Part shown: one piece after another, positions 26,951-39,984 of the stretch
How positions within the stretch are numbered: the first letter of the stretch is position 1
Layout of the letters: every line of letters begins with the position of its first letter
Origin: Mobula birostris
Lineage: Eukaryota
DNA length: 64,000 nt
Assembly (NCBI RefSeq): GCF_030028105.1
Contig: NC_092372.1
Coordinates: 170,630,058-170,694,057 of the forward strand
Direction: 5' to 3'
Made by a program: the position numbers and the translations under genes
The notes under the pieces: model-generated
Told to the model about the DNA's origin: nothing
The model's database searches: none
Seen by the model: only the letters and a program-made list of their open reading frames with translations

Positions 26951-27591
26951 GTGTGAAAGGCCCGTGCCCTCTGCCCATGAAAGCTACTAAAGGAAGCCTT
27001 TTATGTCACTGTTCATGAGTAATGCCAAAAGTGAAAAGTAATTCATCTAAAACTTCCTTCTGAAATCTCTAGCAATCACCTGACTCCTGTCACATTCCAT
27101 ATCTGCTCCCTCATGTTGCCACTTATAATGTCCCCCAGCAACTGAAATATTCCTGATCCAAAGGACTACGCAAGACCTAACTGCGTGCCCTTCACTAAAT
27201 CCTTCCCCATGAACCAAATACCTTTCGTGTCGGCAATACCAACCTAGTCTATCAGCATTCAGTGTTCTAAAGCAGGTGTCTTATTGAAAGAACTTCATCC
27301 TATCACATCAGCTGTCTGTGAATGTGAATCCCAATTAAATGGGCTATGCTGGGCTATCAGGAAACCATTGTTTTCCCTAATCACATAATTCAACCTTACC
27401 CAATTTTGCGTACTCACAGAGCTCCCCTCAAAGCTCTGAAATCCAAGCCATAATTGTCCTAAGTTAGTGATACATTTGTTATGGCTAGATATCTTTCTTT
27501 CATGGAAATAATCCGACCATTGTAATATGGACTCTCCTCTTCTAAAGGAAAGTACATGCACGGGACACTTCTAAATAGGGCGCCCAAAATA

Positions 27592-28628
27592 CAGTGTCTT
27601 GGGAAAGTATTCCACTCCCAGCAATCTGTTCACATAAATGTGTATTACAACAGCCATTTTGATATATTCAGCTGATAATTTTTATATATTAATCACATGC
27701 TCCTTTTTTCACAGTACAGCCCAAAACACAGAGAAAATTGTAAAGCATGAAAAAATAGAACTTCAAAAATTTAAATGTCAGCAGTTCAAAAGTATTTGTA
27801 CAGCATCTCTTAGAAGACACTGTAAAGATGTGGAAAAGCATCTTGTAGTCGGATGAGACTAAAGTGGTCGGATCAGACTAAAGTTGTGGCCTCAACACTA
27901 AGTCTAAATCTAATAAAGTTCTAATAAATCCAATAAAGTTCATCAGCCAGGTACCACTATCCTTACTATGAAGTGTGGTGGAGGTAGCATCATGCAACGG
28001 GAATCTTCTTAGCAGCCGAGCTGGAAATCTGGTCAGGATTGGTGGAAGATGAATGCTGCTAAATACAGAGGTATCCTGGATAAAGACCTGCTAGCCTCAG
28101 CCAGAAAGCTTAAACTGGGGAGGAAGTCTTTCAGCAGGACAATGACCAGACCAACCATGGAGTGGCTTCAAATGAAGAAAATTAATATCCTTGAGTGGCC
28201 CAGTGAAAGTCCTGACCTTAACCCAATCGAATTTCTCTGGCAAGACCTCAAGATTTCTGTTCACCCCCAGCTCCCCAACTAATTTGGAATAGCTTGAGCA
28301 ATTTTGCGAGGAGAAATAGGCAAATTTTGCTCCATCACATTGTGCAAAGCTAATAGAGGCTTATTCAAAAAGACTACTGGCTGTAATAGCTGCAAGAGAT
28401 GGTTCAACTAAGCACTGAGCGAAGGGAGTATTTTTGAACTGCTGACATATCAGTTTTGAATTTTTAGCTTTTCATCTTATACATTTTTTCCTGTTTTGAG
28501 GGCTGCACTGTGGAAAAAGGAACATTTGCACAAATAAAAGTTATCAGTTAAATTGATCAAAATCCCTGATTGCATGACTCATTTATGTGAACAAAGGTTT
28601 GGGGGCTGAACACTTTTTCAAGGCAATG
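27592..28628 (+). mobile_element. Internally deleted Tc1 transposon with long (about 200 bp) inverted repeats
   Basis: TA flanks 27590-91 and 28629-30; ends cagtgtcttgggaaagtattc / gaacactttttcaaggcaatg; SDETK, GGGSIM and WPSESPDLNPIEFLW motifs of a DD34E-type transposase. Confidence 0.92.
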
Positions 28629-29049
28629 TATTGCTGAAGGAGGCCTTATTGACTTTACTTAAGTGAATGATGTTAGTCACTGATGAAAGGCATTTTGTAA
28701 TTGTGTTTACATCTGTTAATATTAGATCAGGAAAACACCTTTGCATTTTCTCAGCAACATAAATAATTGTTCAATCCTTCTAAAAGATACAGCATTTTCT
28801 TTATCCACAGACAAAATGGGAATAAAATTTAAACTTAAATTTATACGTGATTTCGTAGGATGACTAGAAATGAGGCTGGCAGTGGTCCTTCCCGTCACAA
28901 AATAATGTAAAAACGTAATCTTCCCATTTACTACTATTGACGATGGCAACAGGATTTTCTTACTGGAACAGAATCTTTACGGTAGCAACATCAGAAGGGA
29001 GCAGTGAAAGCCAGTAATAGGATCAGTTTCCCTTGCCATCTGTACCAGA

Positions 29050-30660
29050 AATTGATGCATTTGAAGAAGTGAAGCTTCCAGGATAGTATTAAGAAAAATG
29101 GATCAAGCCAGCATGAATTTGTTAAGAGTAAATCATGTTTAGCCAGTTTTATAGAATTTCTTAGAAGGTAAACAATAGTGTTGCTGAGAGTGATGCAATC
29201 AACATGATTTCCAGATTAAATTTGATAAGATTCTGTAAGACAGGCTTATCAACAATGATGAAGCACCCAGACATCGATAACAGGGATGCAAAGTCACAAA
29301 CAACATGGGGTCCTGGTAAATGATTATTTTTCAGACTGGAGGAAGGAAAATAGTGGCATTCCTCAGGGATTAGTGTATAAACTTATGTTGAACAGTACTA
29401 ATGACCTAGATTTGGGGATACAAATGACAAATTCTAAATTTGCAGATAACTCAAAACTTGTCAGAAGAGTGAACTGGGAAGATGATAGCAATAAGCTGCA
29501 GGATATAAATAGGATATTGGAATCGACTGACATGTGGCAGATGATGTTTAATGCAGAGAAATGTGAGGTGTTGTTCTTTGACAGGAAAAAAAATGAAGGA
29601 TTGCAATATAGAATATAGCATACTGTGCTAAAAAATAGGTTCTGGGGCAGAGGGACCTGGGGTGTGTTTGCAAAAGTCGTAGGAAGTTGCAGGACAGATT
29701 AAGAAAACAATTAAATAGGCATACACAATTTCAGGCTTTCCCAGTGGAGGAGAGAGCATATATGCAGGGAAGTTGATGTGAACCTTTATAGAACAATCGA
29801 CAATCCTTATCTGTTTTATTGTGTTCTTTTCTGGTCAGCTCAATATAGGAAGAAAATGAAATCATTACAGAGAGTGTAGAAAGATTTACAGGTTTAGTTC
29901 TTGAAGGAATTATAGTTTTAAGGGGTTCTGAATGTTTTATTAAAGCAGAGTAAAGGCTGAGGGAAAATCTGATAGAAATATACGAAATGATGAAGGGTCC
30001 AGACAGGGAAGTTCAAAGATTCAAAGGTACAATTTAATGTCAGGGAAATGTATACAATATACATCCTGAAATGCTTTTTCTTCACAAACCTCCACGAAAA
30101 CAGAGAAGTGCCCCAAAGAATGAATGACAGTTAAACATGAGAACCCCAAAGTCCCCAGTCCGCTCCCCCCTCCCTCGTGTAAGCGGCAGCGAGAAACAGT
30201 CGTCCCCCCCCCAACATTGGCAGAAAAAAATGCATCGGCACCGCCACCTGGCACTCAAACGTGAGCAAAGAAACAGACTTGCAGTTACCCCAAAGGCTTC
30301 GCGTTTCGTCCTCAACATATGGCAAGTTCTCGCTCAGGATTGTGAGAGGTGGTGGTTGTTGTCAGTGGAAAAGTTCAGCATTAGACATCACGTGTAAAAT
30401 AAAATGAAAAGGATTAATATAAATATTGACATGGGGAGAAGTGCTTTTTGCAGTGTTATGTTGGTATCTTAAATGGACTGTCCATGGAGGTTACATTATG
30501 ATCTTCAAGATGGAAATGGGTAAATATATTCTGGAAAAAAATGCAAAGTTACAGAAAACAGGCTCAGGTTTTGGAAATAATGTGTTGATCTGTAGAGGGC
30601 TGGTGCAAACACAATAGGTCAAAAATCACCTTCTGTGTTATAGCCATACAATGATTCTAT
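29050..30660 (+). mobile_element. Old CR1 LINE RT and 3' region
   Basis: ORF 29286-29618 SDWRKENSGIPQG...NDLDLG...SKFADNSKL...WQMMFNAEKCEVL. Confidence 0.85.
30011..30337 (-). mobile_element. Non-autonomous element 3' part inserted in CR1
   Basis: Tail caatttaatgtcagggaaatgtatacaatatacatcctgaaat is shared with 37376-37445 and 60171-60248. Confidence 0.75.
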
Positions 30661-31099
30661 AATAGGCTAACATCGCCAGCACCAAGTCTGTAATTATATC
30701 ATGCTTGCTTTGACAAGCAAGTTACTTTATCTGCAAGCCCAGCACCAATCTTCATACAAACCAGAGGAGAAATATTACTGGACTCTGAGTTAATGTTGCC
30801 AACCTTACATCATCATCTAAAGCTAAAAATGCATCCAGGTAATCTTAGTTTCATATATCTGGAGGGAATTATGTTTTCACTGAAGCATTGCTACTATAAG
30901 TTGCATATTATCTCGAAAATATTGTTAATATTTTGCCATATAAACTAATTCCTTTCCTGAGATTATATAAACTCTGAAGCACACAATTGTTTTGTTTTTT
31001 TTTAAATTCTCTTTCTGTGATCACTTGGGAATAGGAACAAAAATGTTCACTCTGCACATATAAATTTTATAATCAGTCTTTGGAGCCACAGTAGATTAC

Positions 31100-31500
31100 A
31101 GGTAGAAAGGGACAAGGTTACAGATTTATTTGAAAATACTCGAGTATTTTAAAGACTGAGGTGCAATATAAATCAATAGAGGTCATCAGGCACCCATGGG
31201 TAATGCATGACCAGGAGAACTTGATGACCTCAAGACTATGGAACGGAAAATGGAGGAGGCCTGCTGGGGATGGTTTAGAATAGTTCAGGCTGGAGATAAC
31301 AGAGGAATGGAGGAGAGTTTCAGCAGAAGGAGAGCTGAGAAAAAATAAAAATGTATGATAGTGGAAGCAAAGGATTATATGTAGCACAAATAAAGGTTCA
31401 GCTTCAGTTAAATGTCAGAAGGGTGGAATCAGTGGCTAGGACATGAACACAATGCCTTCAGTCCCTGCAATATGTAACCTGAGGCAGGCGTGAAACGCTG
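31100..31500 (-). mobile_element. Old L2 LINE C-terminal fragment
   Basis: ORF 31118-31387 SPSAETLLHSSVISSLNYSKPSPAGL resembles L2 AETLIHAFVTSRLDYSNALLAGL. Confidence 0.65.
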
Positions 31501-32059
31501 CATTATGAGGTAAAACAGTGACCTATCCAAAATGTGTTCTCTTGATACTGATGCATTAAAGTCAATATTCAGCACAGGTATGAATTCAGCTTGGAGCTAC
31601 CTTCTCTAAATAAGGACAAAACTGTACATGACATTTTTAGTAGAGCTGCTTATTTTTAAGTTTAAAACAAAGCATGCGATTGAATTGGAAGAAACATAAA
31701 CAGTAAGAACAAATAATAGTTCCCATGGTACTTGAAATCTGCTCCAAATAAGGATGTTGTAAATAGTTTACACTCTGTTGTAAACTAGAGTGCAATGCTG
31801 ATAGTGGATCTTGAGCTGAGACCACCAGCTGTAAGCCTACTACTTCCTGACATGGGAAAAACCCATACAGTCGCTTCAGAAATAATTAGTACTTCCCGTT
31901 CTGCTGTGCAAATCTATCACAGCCAGTATTATAATATAGTTTTCTTTAATTATCATGAAAAAAAATCAATTAATGTTTCTTCCAGTGTTACAAGACAATG
32001 GTGTGATATTTCAGACAGAGTCTCTTGGTAATAGAGCATGTTGTACATCCTTTTAATAC

Positions 32060-32500
32060 TTTCTATATTAAGTATATTTAGTTTATGTCATAAATCACTT
32101 CAGTGACAGCGCCGCATAAAATTGGTTTTTCTGTTGCACTCTGGGAAAATGTTCGCAGCAGAGCTGAGAACAGACTGCACCTGACTCATCCTTCAAGCTT
32201 AATAAAGTTCCCGAGGGAACGCATGGGGGAAAAATTAGGGCAGTATCATTAATTGATTATGCAGTTGTTGTAAATAAAATAAATCTACATCTTGAGCATT
32301 AAATATCAGCATTGCTTTTTAGATTTTTTTAAAGAGCTAACAGAATGAAACCTGTGCCTTCAAAGAGATTGTGTGAGGTTACTGCCAGCCCCGTTTACAC
32401 CAAGAGCAAACATTTCATTTCCTTTGACTTCAGTTAGATCAACTTTCAGAAATGGAATGCTACTGACTATATTTGTCAGTACTGCTGGCTATATTGGTAA
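32060..32500. promoter_or_regulatory. Candidate developmental enhancer / conserved non-coding element
   Basis: Repeat-free; TGATTTATGA (minus, 32088-32097) 6 bp from TGACAG (32104-32109); GCATAAAA 32114, TGACTCA 32182, GTAAATAA 32270, TTCAAAG 32359, AGCAAACA 32405, CCTTTGA 32421; several retained CpGs. Conservation not testable here. Confidence 0.45.
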
Positions 32501-33203
32501 GTATTTTATTCAGAGCTAATAACAGAAAATTAAGCATTTTGGTTTGATGAATTTTGTTATCATAACACACAATGTATTTTTCCAGGACGTTTCTTTAGTT
32601 TGTACAGAATGCATATGCCAAAATGACTAGATATATTCCTCAACACACAGGAATGATAAGGCATAGCCTAGGAACTGTGGTAGTAATACATCGCATGTTT
32701 ACTTCATCACTGAATGTGAATCAATCTGAACCTTAGTTATGACTCTCCATTACTTGATATGCCAAAGAATAATACAAGCCTAATTTAACATCACGCTAAA
32801 GCAAAAATGAGGGAAATTCAAGACAGTTGACTTTCAACACACCCAAATTAATAATGATGCAATTTATACTTCCTTCTATACTAGAATATTTGGAAACCAA
32901 TCTTGTGATGTATAATTGTTTTATTAATATCATTTAGCAGTCAGGCTGAGACACAAGCTAATATGTGTAGCAAACAATCTAGTATTTTAGTCTGACGAGC
33001 ACATACTTCAAATTCAGGATAATAACTTGAGGAGGGCCAAAGACAGGTCTCTCAGTACTAATTAAGACACTTCAGACAGGCTGGGAAGTGGAAGAGGTGC
33101 CTTGCTTCATGTAATTTTCCATCCTAACTCATATTTTCTTTCAACTTAAACATTTTACATTTCTGCTTTGTTCAATACAATTAAGTCCACTAAGTAGAGC
33201 ATT

Positions 33204-33510
33204 CTTTTTTTTTGTAATTTATTTTTTATTGAAGTTCATCATCAAACAAAACTTTCCATAAGATGTATTTCAGATACTGTACAAATATATCATATAGTCA
33301 TATTTGTCACAAATCTCCACATCATATTTATCTGAGGTATACACTCATAGAAAGGAGAGGAAAGAAAGAACAATCAAAAGACGAAAACTATGTACAAAGT
33401 AGGGAGTGATTTTTCTTTTACAACATATTCATTGACTTGTGAGAATAATATCAGGCCTATGAGGCATTATGTAGTTAAACCATTTTTTCCAGTATGAATA
33501 AAATTGTTCT
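33204..33510 (-). mobile_element. L1-clade LINE 3' end with poly(A)
   Basis: Minus strand EQFYSYWKKWFNYIMPHRPD (L1 ORF2 C-terminal F..W..W pattern), AATAAA and A-rich tail. Confidence 0.7.
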
Positions 33511-33754
33511 ATTACACAGTCTCCAAGAGAAATTGTATAAGGTGAGCAAATACTAGCAGAAAAGCACTATAACCAGTTTTTTCTCTGTTTCCCTTCTAGA
33601 TTACATCCAAAATTTGTCAGGATGGCAGAGCAGAATCTGGCCAGTAACTGTTGTTATTCTGCTGAGTCAAGAAATTGGTTGAAACGTTTCTCCCCATGCC
33701 TTAAGCCTTCCTTATCCAAGAAGACAATTACTTTAAATTCATCAAGGAATTCTC

Positions 33755-34025
33755 CTTCTTCTCTTCTTGAGATCCATCACCCCAACTAAGGCATGGACTG
33801 TAGGCAGCGGCTCGCCAGCGTCCTCTATCCTGGGCAGATATTTGAATGGCCCCATGGCTTCCAATTTCACCACTCAACTTCAAGCGTCTTCTAGGCAAAG
33901 ATCCTTCCTCTCCCAGGGATGAGGTATTTTGAGCTTCTGTTGGTATTTTTATAGCTCTGGGATTTTACGGGATGAAATTGCTAGCCTCATGCCCAACTCT
34001 CCTCCTACTGCAGCCGGACTTGGCA
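33755..34025 (-). mobile_element. RTE-related non-autonomous element/SINE
   Basis: ttttacgggatgaaattgctagcctcatgcccaactctcc and ccagcgtcctctatcctgggc are RTE-like motifs. Confidence 0.5.
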
Positions 34026-34439
34026 GAATGCTGTTGGTTGTTGATTGAGGAGTGTTTCACTCATCCCTTTATCTGCAAGGTGTCTTTTTGAGAGCCAGCA
34101 TTCATCGGATAGCTGCCCACAGGGAAGAACCAATCCACTAGTGTTAGCATATTATGCAAACTGATTGAATCTCTGGTTCAGTCAAAGAATTACAACTGTT
34201 AAACATTATTAAATCATTTTATATTGCCACAGGCCTTGGTAAAATTTTAATACAACAGTGAATAAACAAATGCAGGGCATTTCATTTTCCATTTATGTTA
34301 GAGTTCTCTTTAATCTGAATTTTGATCTATAATTTAATATTGTTGTATTTTGTTTCATTTATGACTGTTGACTTGACATAAATTATTCATATATTTTGAT
34401 GCTAAAGCTAGTAATAGGATCTGGGGAGTTCTACATATT

Positions 34440-35170
34440 GTCTGAACATAAGAATACTAGGAATTGAAGTAGGCATCATGGTTAACCATTATATCATAAT
34501 TAATTAATCTTTTTCCTCTGTGCCGCTTTCCTGCACTAACCCAATATGCCTAAATTCCCTCCATGTCCAAAGGTTTATCAATCTCTGTTTTAAATATGTA
34601 CAATGACTAAGCCTCAAGCCAGCCCTCTTTGGTGTTGAATTCCAAATGTTCTTCACTGAGTGAAGAAAATTTCTTCTCACCTTGGTCCTGAAGCCATTAT
34701 TTTTGAGTAGGTGATATCTTGCTCTGTACATCCCAGTCAGGATAAACACTATCCAACCTCCACTCTGCCAAGCCCCTTAAGGATTTTGTATGTTTCTTTG
34801 AGGTCACCTCTCATTCTTCCACAGGCTTAGTCCACTTAATGTCTTCTCATAAACAGACCTGAGATCCAGGAATCAATTTGGTGACGTTTGTTCCATTTCC
34901 TCTTATAGCAATTATATGTTGTCCTGAGGAAAGGAGACTAGGCCTGTGCACAATACTCTAGATAGCTTCTCACCAGCGAATTAGACTGTATATCTTGTAT
35001 TCTGGGGCACAAATCTTCTTACTATAATATCCAACATGAAATTTGCCTTCCAGACTCATTGCTATACCTACATGTTAATTTTCTGCAATTCATAAGAAAA
35101 CTCAGGTCCACCTGAATACTTCATGTGTCCGTATTTTTTCTACCAAAGTGAGATGACTTCTGCATTAACT
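34440..35170 (-). mobile_element. Old CR1 3' fragment
   Basis: ORF 34504-34749 FRTKVRRNFLHSVKNIWNSTPK; gaggtcacctctcattctt (MRGDL on the minus strand). Confidence 0.82.
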
Positions 35171-36129
35171 ATGTCTTCCTAGGTCCAAATAATAAATGCT
35201 CACTATCCTTCAGATATCCTTGGATATCTAAGCTCTCGACCAAATAAAACCTGCTATTTCCCCCTTATTATCAGGTCCTTTTCAGTGGAGAGATTCACTA
35301 AAATGTTCAATCTATCCTTCTCAGCAGCAGACTACTGTACATTTATAAGCAGCAAGCAAGCCAAAGTATCGTATATTATTACAGTAATTGTCAACTGAGA
35401 AATTACTACTGACTGAGAAATGTTTAAGGTAAGGTTGGGAAGAGGTGAAGAGTTGGCTATCAAACTTCAAGGGAGTTGTTTTCAATTTCTGACCACCATT
35501 TTTTGTCTGAAACTTGGAGAGTCAGAAACTGAATATAAGATGGAAATTATCTCAGCCATCTCATTCATGTTGAAAGCAAAAAGTAATGTAAGTAGTCGGT
35601 TGTGCCCAGATCTTACCTCGAAGCGAGGAGGAAGCTGCCTAAGTAGGTAAATCAGTGCCCTACACAAATCAAGACTTCAGGAGTAGGTTTCAAGTACATA
35701 TAGGCACACAGGGATCATGATATCCCAGCCATCCAGTGTACCAGACATCAAATTTCTTTAAAATAAAAGGGCTTCCAATTTTGGGAGGTGATGCAAGATT
35801 AGTAATTACCTTGTGGGACCTTAACATTTCCTGGCCACAGACCACTTACTGAGCCAACAACGTGGAATTGTTTTCCCTCCTCAGAATGAGAGCTCCCTTG
35901 TTTGAAATTCATTGCTCTTGAGTGACATGCTGATGAATGAGGGTCTCTTCATGGCTCAAACTTCTCACCTGTCTGGATGGGGAGCCTCCCTCAACGTTCA
36001 CTGGGTGACATTGAAACTTTGCTTTCAGCTTGTAATATGACAGAATCCTTCATCAAAGGCAAAAACAAACTAGGAATTCAGTTCTCATTATCTGTAATCA
36101 TCTTTGCCATGAGCCCAGGCAGTGTAGTG

Positions 36130-36400
36130 TTTAATCACAGTAACATCCTCAGTGTACTTCCTACGTAGCCAGTCACAGATCCCTCATATTCACCCATGTT
36201 GACGTAATGATCGTAGGTAGCTGCCTGCCTGAATATGCTCCAGTCCATGCTTTCAAACCAGTCCTGCAGCGCTGAGGAAGCGTCTTCTGGCCAGGTCCTG
36301 ATCTCCCTGTGAACTGGTTTGACTCGTTTAACCAAAGTTCTACATGCCGGGGTTAGCAAAATGCAGGATATGCATTTTCCAAAATGGTAACTATTTCTGA
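36130..36400 (-). mobile_element. Rex1/Babar fragment (endonuclease-RT linker)
   Basis: LTPACRTLVKRVKPVHREIRTWPEDASSALQDWFESMDWSIFRQAAT...EYEGSVTGYV. Confidence 0.82.
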
Positions 36401-36873
36401 TCCCCAAATCTATGAACTGTTTAAGAGTGGGTTGTTAAGTATGTGTAAAATGATCAGACTTACAATTAATGGTTGTTGGATCATCTTTTTAAAAGTAAAT
36501 CCATTGATTTCTTGTACCCTTTGTTCCTGAAAACTTCTGCAGAATCTAGAATTATGTGCAACGGTTACTATTAGAATAGTCTTCTATCATTGTCAATTCT
36601 CATCATCTCAACATCTGTAAATTAAATGGTGTGAAATATAAAACATTTAATATTCTCCACTGTGGCTGCTAGATAATATTTCATGGTTTTTAATATACTG
36701 GCTGCTCAACGTCTGATTTAATGACTATACTGAAACTAAGAAGGAGTTTAGATGTTGAACTCCTTAGTAACAACTCCAAAGCAAATATATAAATACAAAC
36801 TGGAAAGCCAGATAGTTATATTCAAAGGCCAATGATAATGCATATGGATGCTGATATGCATATCATGCATATA

Positions 36874-37187
36874 GTGGGCACGTGGCCAAGTGGTTAAGGC
36901 ATTGGACAAGTGACCTAAAGGTCATGAGTCCGAGCCCCAGCCGAGGGAACGTGTTGTGTCCTTGAGCAAGGCACTTAACCACACATTGCTCTGTGACAAC
37001 ACCGGTGCCAAGCTGTATGGGTCCTAATACCCTTCCCTTGGACAACATCGATGTCGTGGAGAGGGGAGACTTGCAGCATGGGCAACTGCTGTTCTTCCAT
37101 ACAACCATGCCCAGGCCTGCGGCCTGGAGAGTGAAGACTTCTTTCCAGGCGCAGATCCATGGTCTCGCAAGATTAACGGATGCCTTC
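36874..37187 (+). mobile_element. tRNA-derived SINE with CORE-like central block
   Basis: A-box tggccaagtgg, B-box-like gagtccgagcc, gtgtccttgagcaaggcacttaac; near-identical copy at 44806-45121; flanking repeat atggatgctga at 36844 and 37191. Confidence 0.88.
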
Positions 37188-38074
37188 TGGATGGATGCTG
37201 AATATTTTGTAATGGAAGTCAAATTGTGATCTAGCCAATCAAATTATGTATCAGTGTCTATTAGAAATTACGGTACAATTATTAAAGTTAGACAAAATTG
37301 TCAGCAAAAAGGTGCTTATAGATACAACTGTCCAGTTTAAAATGAGCCTAACACTGAATATGTTTACAATTCTTTTTCAATAGGATTCAATATGTACATT
37401 TAATGTCAGAGAAATGTATACAATATGCATCCTGAAATTCTTCTTTAAATCATTTGTCAGGAATCAAGAACACTTGAATGTCGGACAAGTTCCCAGAATA
37501 TCACACTCAAAATTTTGGTGGGAGCAGGGGACAAGGCCAAAGCCATAACAATGAATTTGCTGCTCCATTATAATGTTATTCTACTACTTGGAAATGTGGA
37601 AAACCAGCACTCAGCTGGTACCAGACTTTCGTATGAACTCAGTAGGTTCACCAATACTCTCGAGGAAGGGACATATCTCCACTACATTTTCAGATGTATC
37701 CAAACCAAGAACCCTAGTCCAGGCAATCTAAAGCTGGATATATTAATGAGATGAAGAAGATGGACCATTGGCCTCACAATCTAACTCATTATGATCTTGC
37801 AATATTTTCTATCTGCACTGCACTTTCTCTGTAGCAGTTACGCTTATTCTGCATTCTGTTATAGTTTTACCGTGTTCTACCTTAATGCACTGTGTAATGA
37901 TTTGATCTGTATGAACAGTATGCAAGGCAAACTTTACACCATATCTCAGTACATATGATAATTATAAATTACAAATTATAAGGCGGGCTTTATCTAGCAG
38001 CTCATAAAGGTGACAAGCCAAAGGTAATCAAATTGCTTGCATGTTAGTCACAAGCTCTACAAGGGGCTACTCTC

Positions 38075-38688
38075 TTATGGTGAAGGCAAGACAGAGGAGC
38101 TTGAGGAGATTTGGTTTGTCAACTAAAACACTCGAAAACTTCTACAAATGTACCATGGAGAGCATTCTGACTGGCTGTATCGCCGTCTGGTATGGGGCGG
38201 GGAGGGGCTACTGCACAGGATCGAAGTAAGTTGCAGAAACTTATAAGATTAATGAGTTCCATCATGAGTACTAGCCTCCATAGTATCCAAAACATCTTCA
38301 AGGAGTGGTGCCTTAGGAAGGCAGTCTCCATCATTAAGGATTCCCATCACCATCATTAAGGATTCCCATCACCCAGGACATGCCCTCGTCACACTGTTAC
38401 AATCAGGAAGGAGGTACAGAAGCCTGAAGACAAACACTCAGCGATTCAGGAACAGCTTCTTGCCCTCCACCATCTGATTTCTAAATGGACACTGAACCCA
38501 TGAACACTACCTCACTACTTTTTTATTTTTGTTTTTTGCACTACATATTTTAGCTTAATCTGTTTAATAGACATGTATATACTTAATACTTGTCTCTGTA
38601 TTTATGTATTATGTATTTCATTGTACTGCTGCCATAAAGTTAACAAATTTCACGATATTTGCCAGCAATATTAGATCTGATTCTGATC
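38075..38688 (+). mobile_element. Rex1/Babar 3' fragment
   Basis: RSLRRFGLSTKTLENFYKCTMESILTGCIAVWYG; (gattct)n tail; internal 22-bp tandem duplication 38328-38371. Confidence 0.9.
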
Positions 38689-39199
38689 TTGAAGCACTTC
38701 TTAAATCTTAACACAAGTGCTGTTGGCAAGACTGGTCCATGTACCACTGTGGAAAAGTTATTTTCCATACCCGAAATTGTCTGTACACTGTGTGGACCTG
38801 CTGCTTGTGTAGATACCGAGTGGAGTCCAGCCCATGGATGCAGTCCATAAAGTATGATGTGCTGGAAGCCTCACTGGAGCATGTTCAACAGTACACACGC
38901 AGGTGGCTAGGATTTGGGGTAGCTTCTATTGGAAGTGAATCTGCTGAAAGAAATAAAAATAGAAAAGGCTACGAATATTCAAAGGATCATTTAGCATCTG
39001 TGGAGTGAGAAAAACAGAATTAACATTTCAGTTCAATAACCTTCTATCAGAACTGTGGAATATTGGAAATGGAGTAAATTCAAAGTTTCAGTGAAAGCAA
39101 GGGGGAGGCGTGAGAGAACAAAAGAGGAAGGTTGGTGATACGTAGAGATAAGGAGAGATGAAATGGCACAAATGGCTTGGTTCTAGCTGGAGGCAGAGC

Positions 39200-39960
39200 T
39201 GGGGAGGTGCCAATAGGAAGAGATATATTTCTAAGTCAGGATGGTGTGCATCTATTCCTTTAATCCTTCTTGGTGGTAGAGATCATAGGCTTGGAAGGTG
39301 TGAGGCAGAATAGCCTGGGCAACCAATAACACTGCATTTTAGAGTCAGTGCGCACTGCAGCCATTATACTGGAGTGAGTGAATGTTCAGGTGTTTGATGG
39401 GTCCAGTCAAACAGGATGCTTTGTCCTGGATGCTGTCCAGCTTCTTGAGAGTGGTTGGTGCAACACTTACCCTAAGCTGTGCTTTATAGAAGTGGAAGGG
39501 CACTGCAATGTCATGAGGTGAGTCATTTGCCTCAGGATACCCAGTCTCTGACCTGCCCTTGTGGGCACTCTTATTTAACAGCCTGTTGTAGTTAAATTTC
39601 TGGTCAGTGATGATTCCCAGCAGATTATTAATGGGAGACTTATTGATGGTAGTGCCACTGAAAGTGGTGAGTTTCTTTTTTCTTGTTGGAGATGATCATC
39701 TGCTCATACTTTCATGATGCAGATATCACGTGTCGCCTGCACATTATCCAAGTTGCTCTGGATGCAGGAATGGGCTGTTTCATACACTGAGAAGCTGCAA
39801 ATGGAGCTGATCATTGTGCAGTCATGTGAACATCTCTCCCTTCTGATTTCATGATGGAAGGAAGTCAATGATGAAACAGCTTAAGCTGCTCCTTAATGCC
39901 ACATTCAGTCAAATGCTCCTGTGATGTTAATGGTGAACACTCTCCTGATATCTCAAATTC
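39200..39960 (-). mobile_element. Old non-LTR retrotransposon RT/3' region, clade uncertain
   Basis: Shares sequence with 9230-9340; orientation inferred from that copy; no clean ORF. Confidence 0.45.
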
Positions 39961-39984
39961 TGCTTATTAATTGTTTGAAGTAAT

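Noticed and set aside
36874-36950. tRNA gene
   Set aside because: tRNA-like head continues into a SINE body present in three copies in the window
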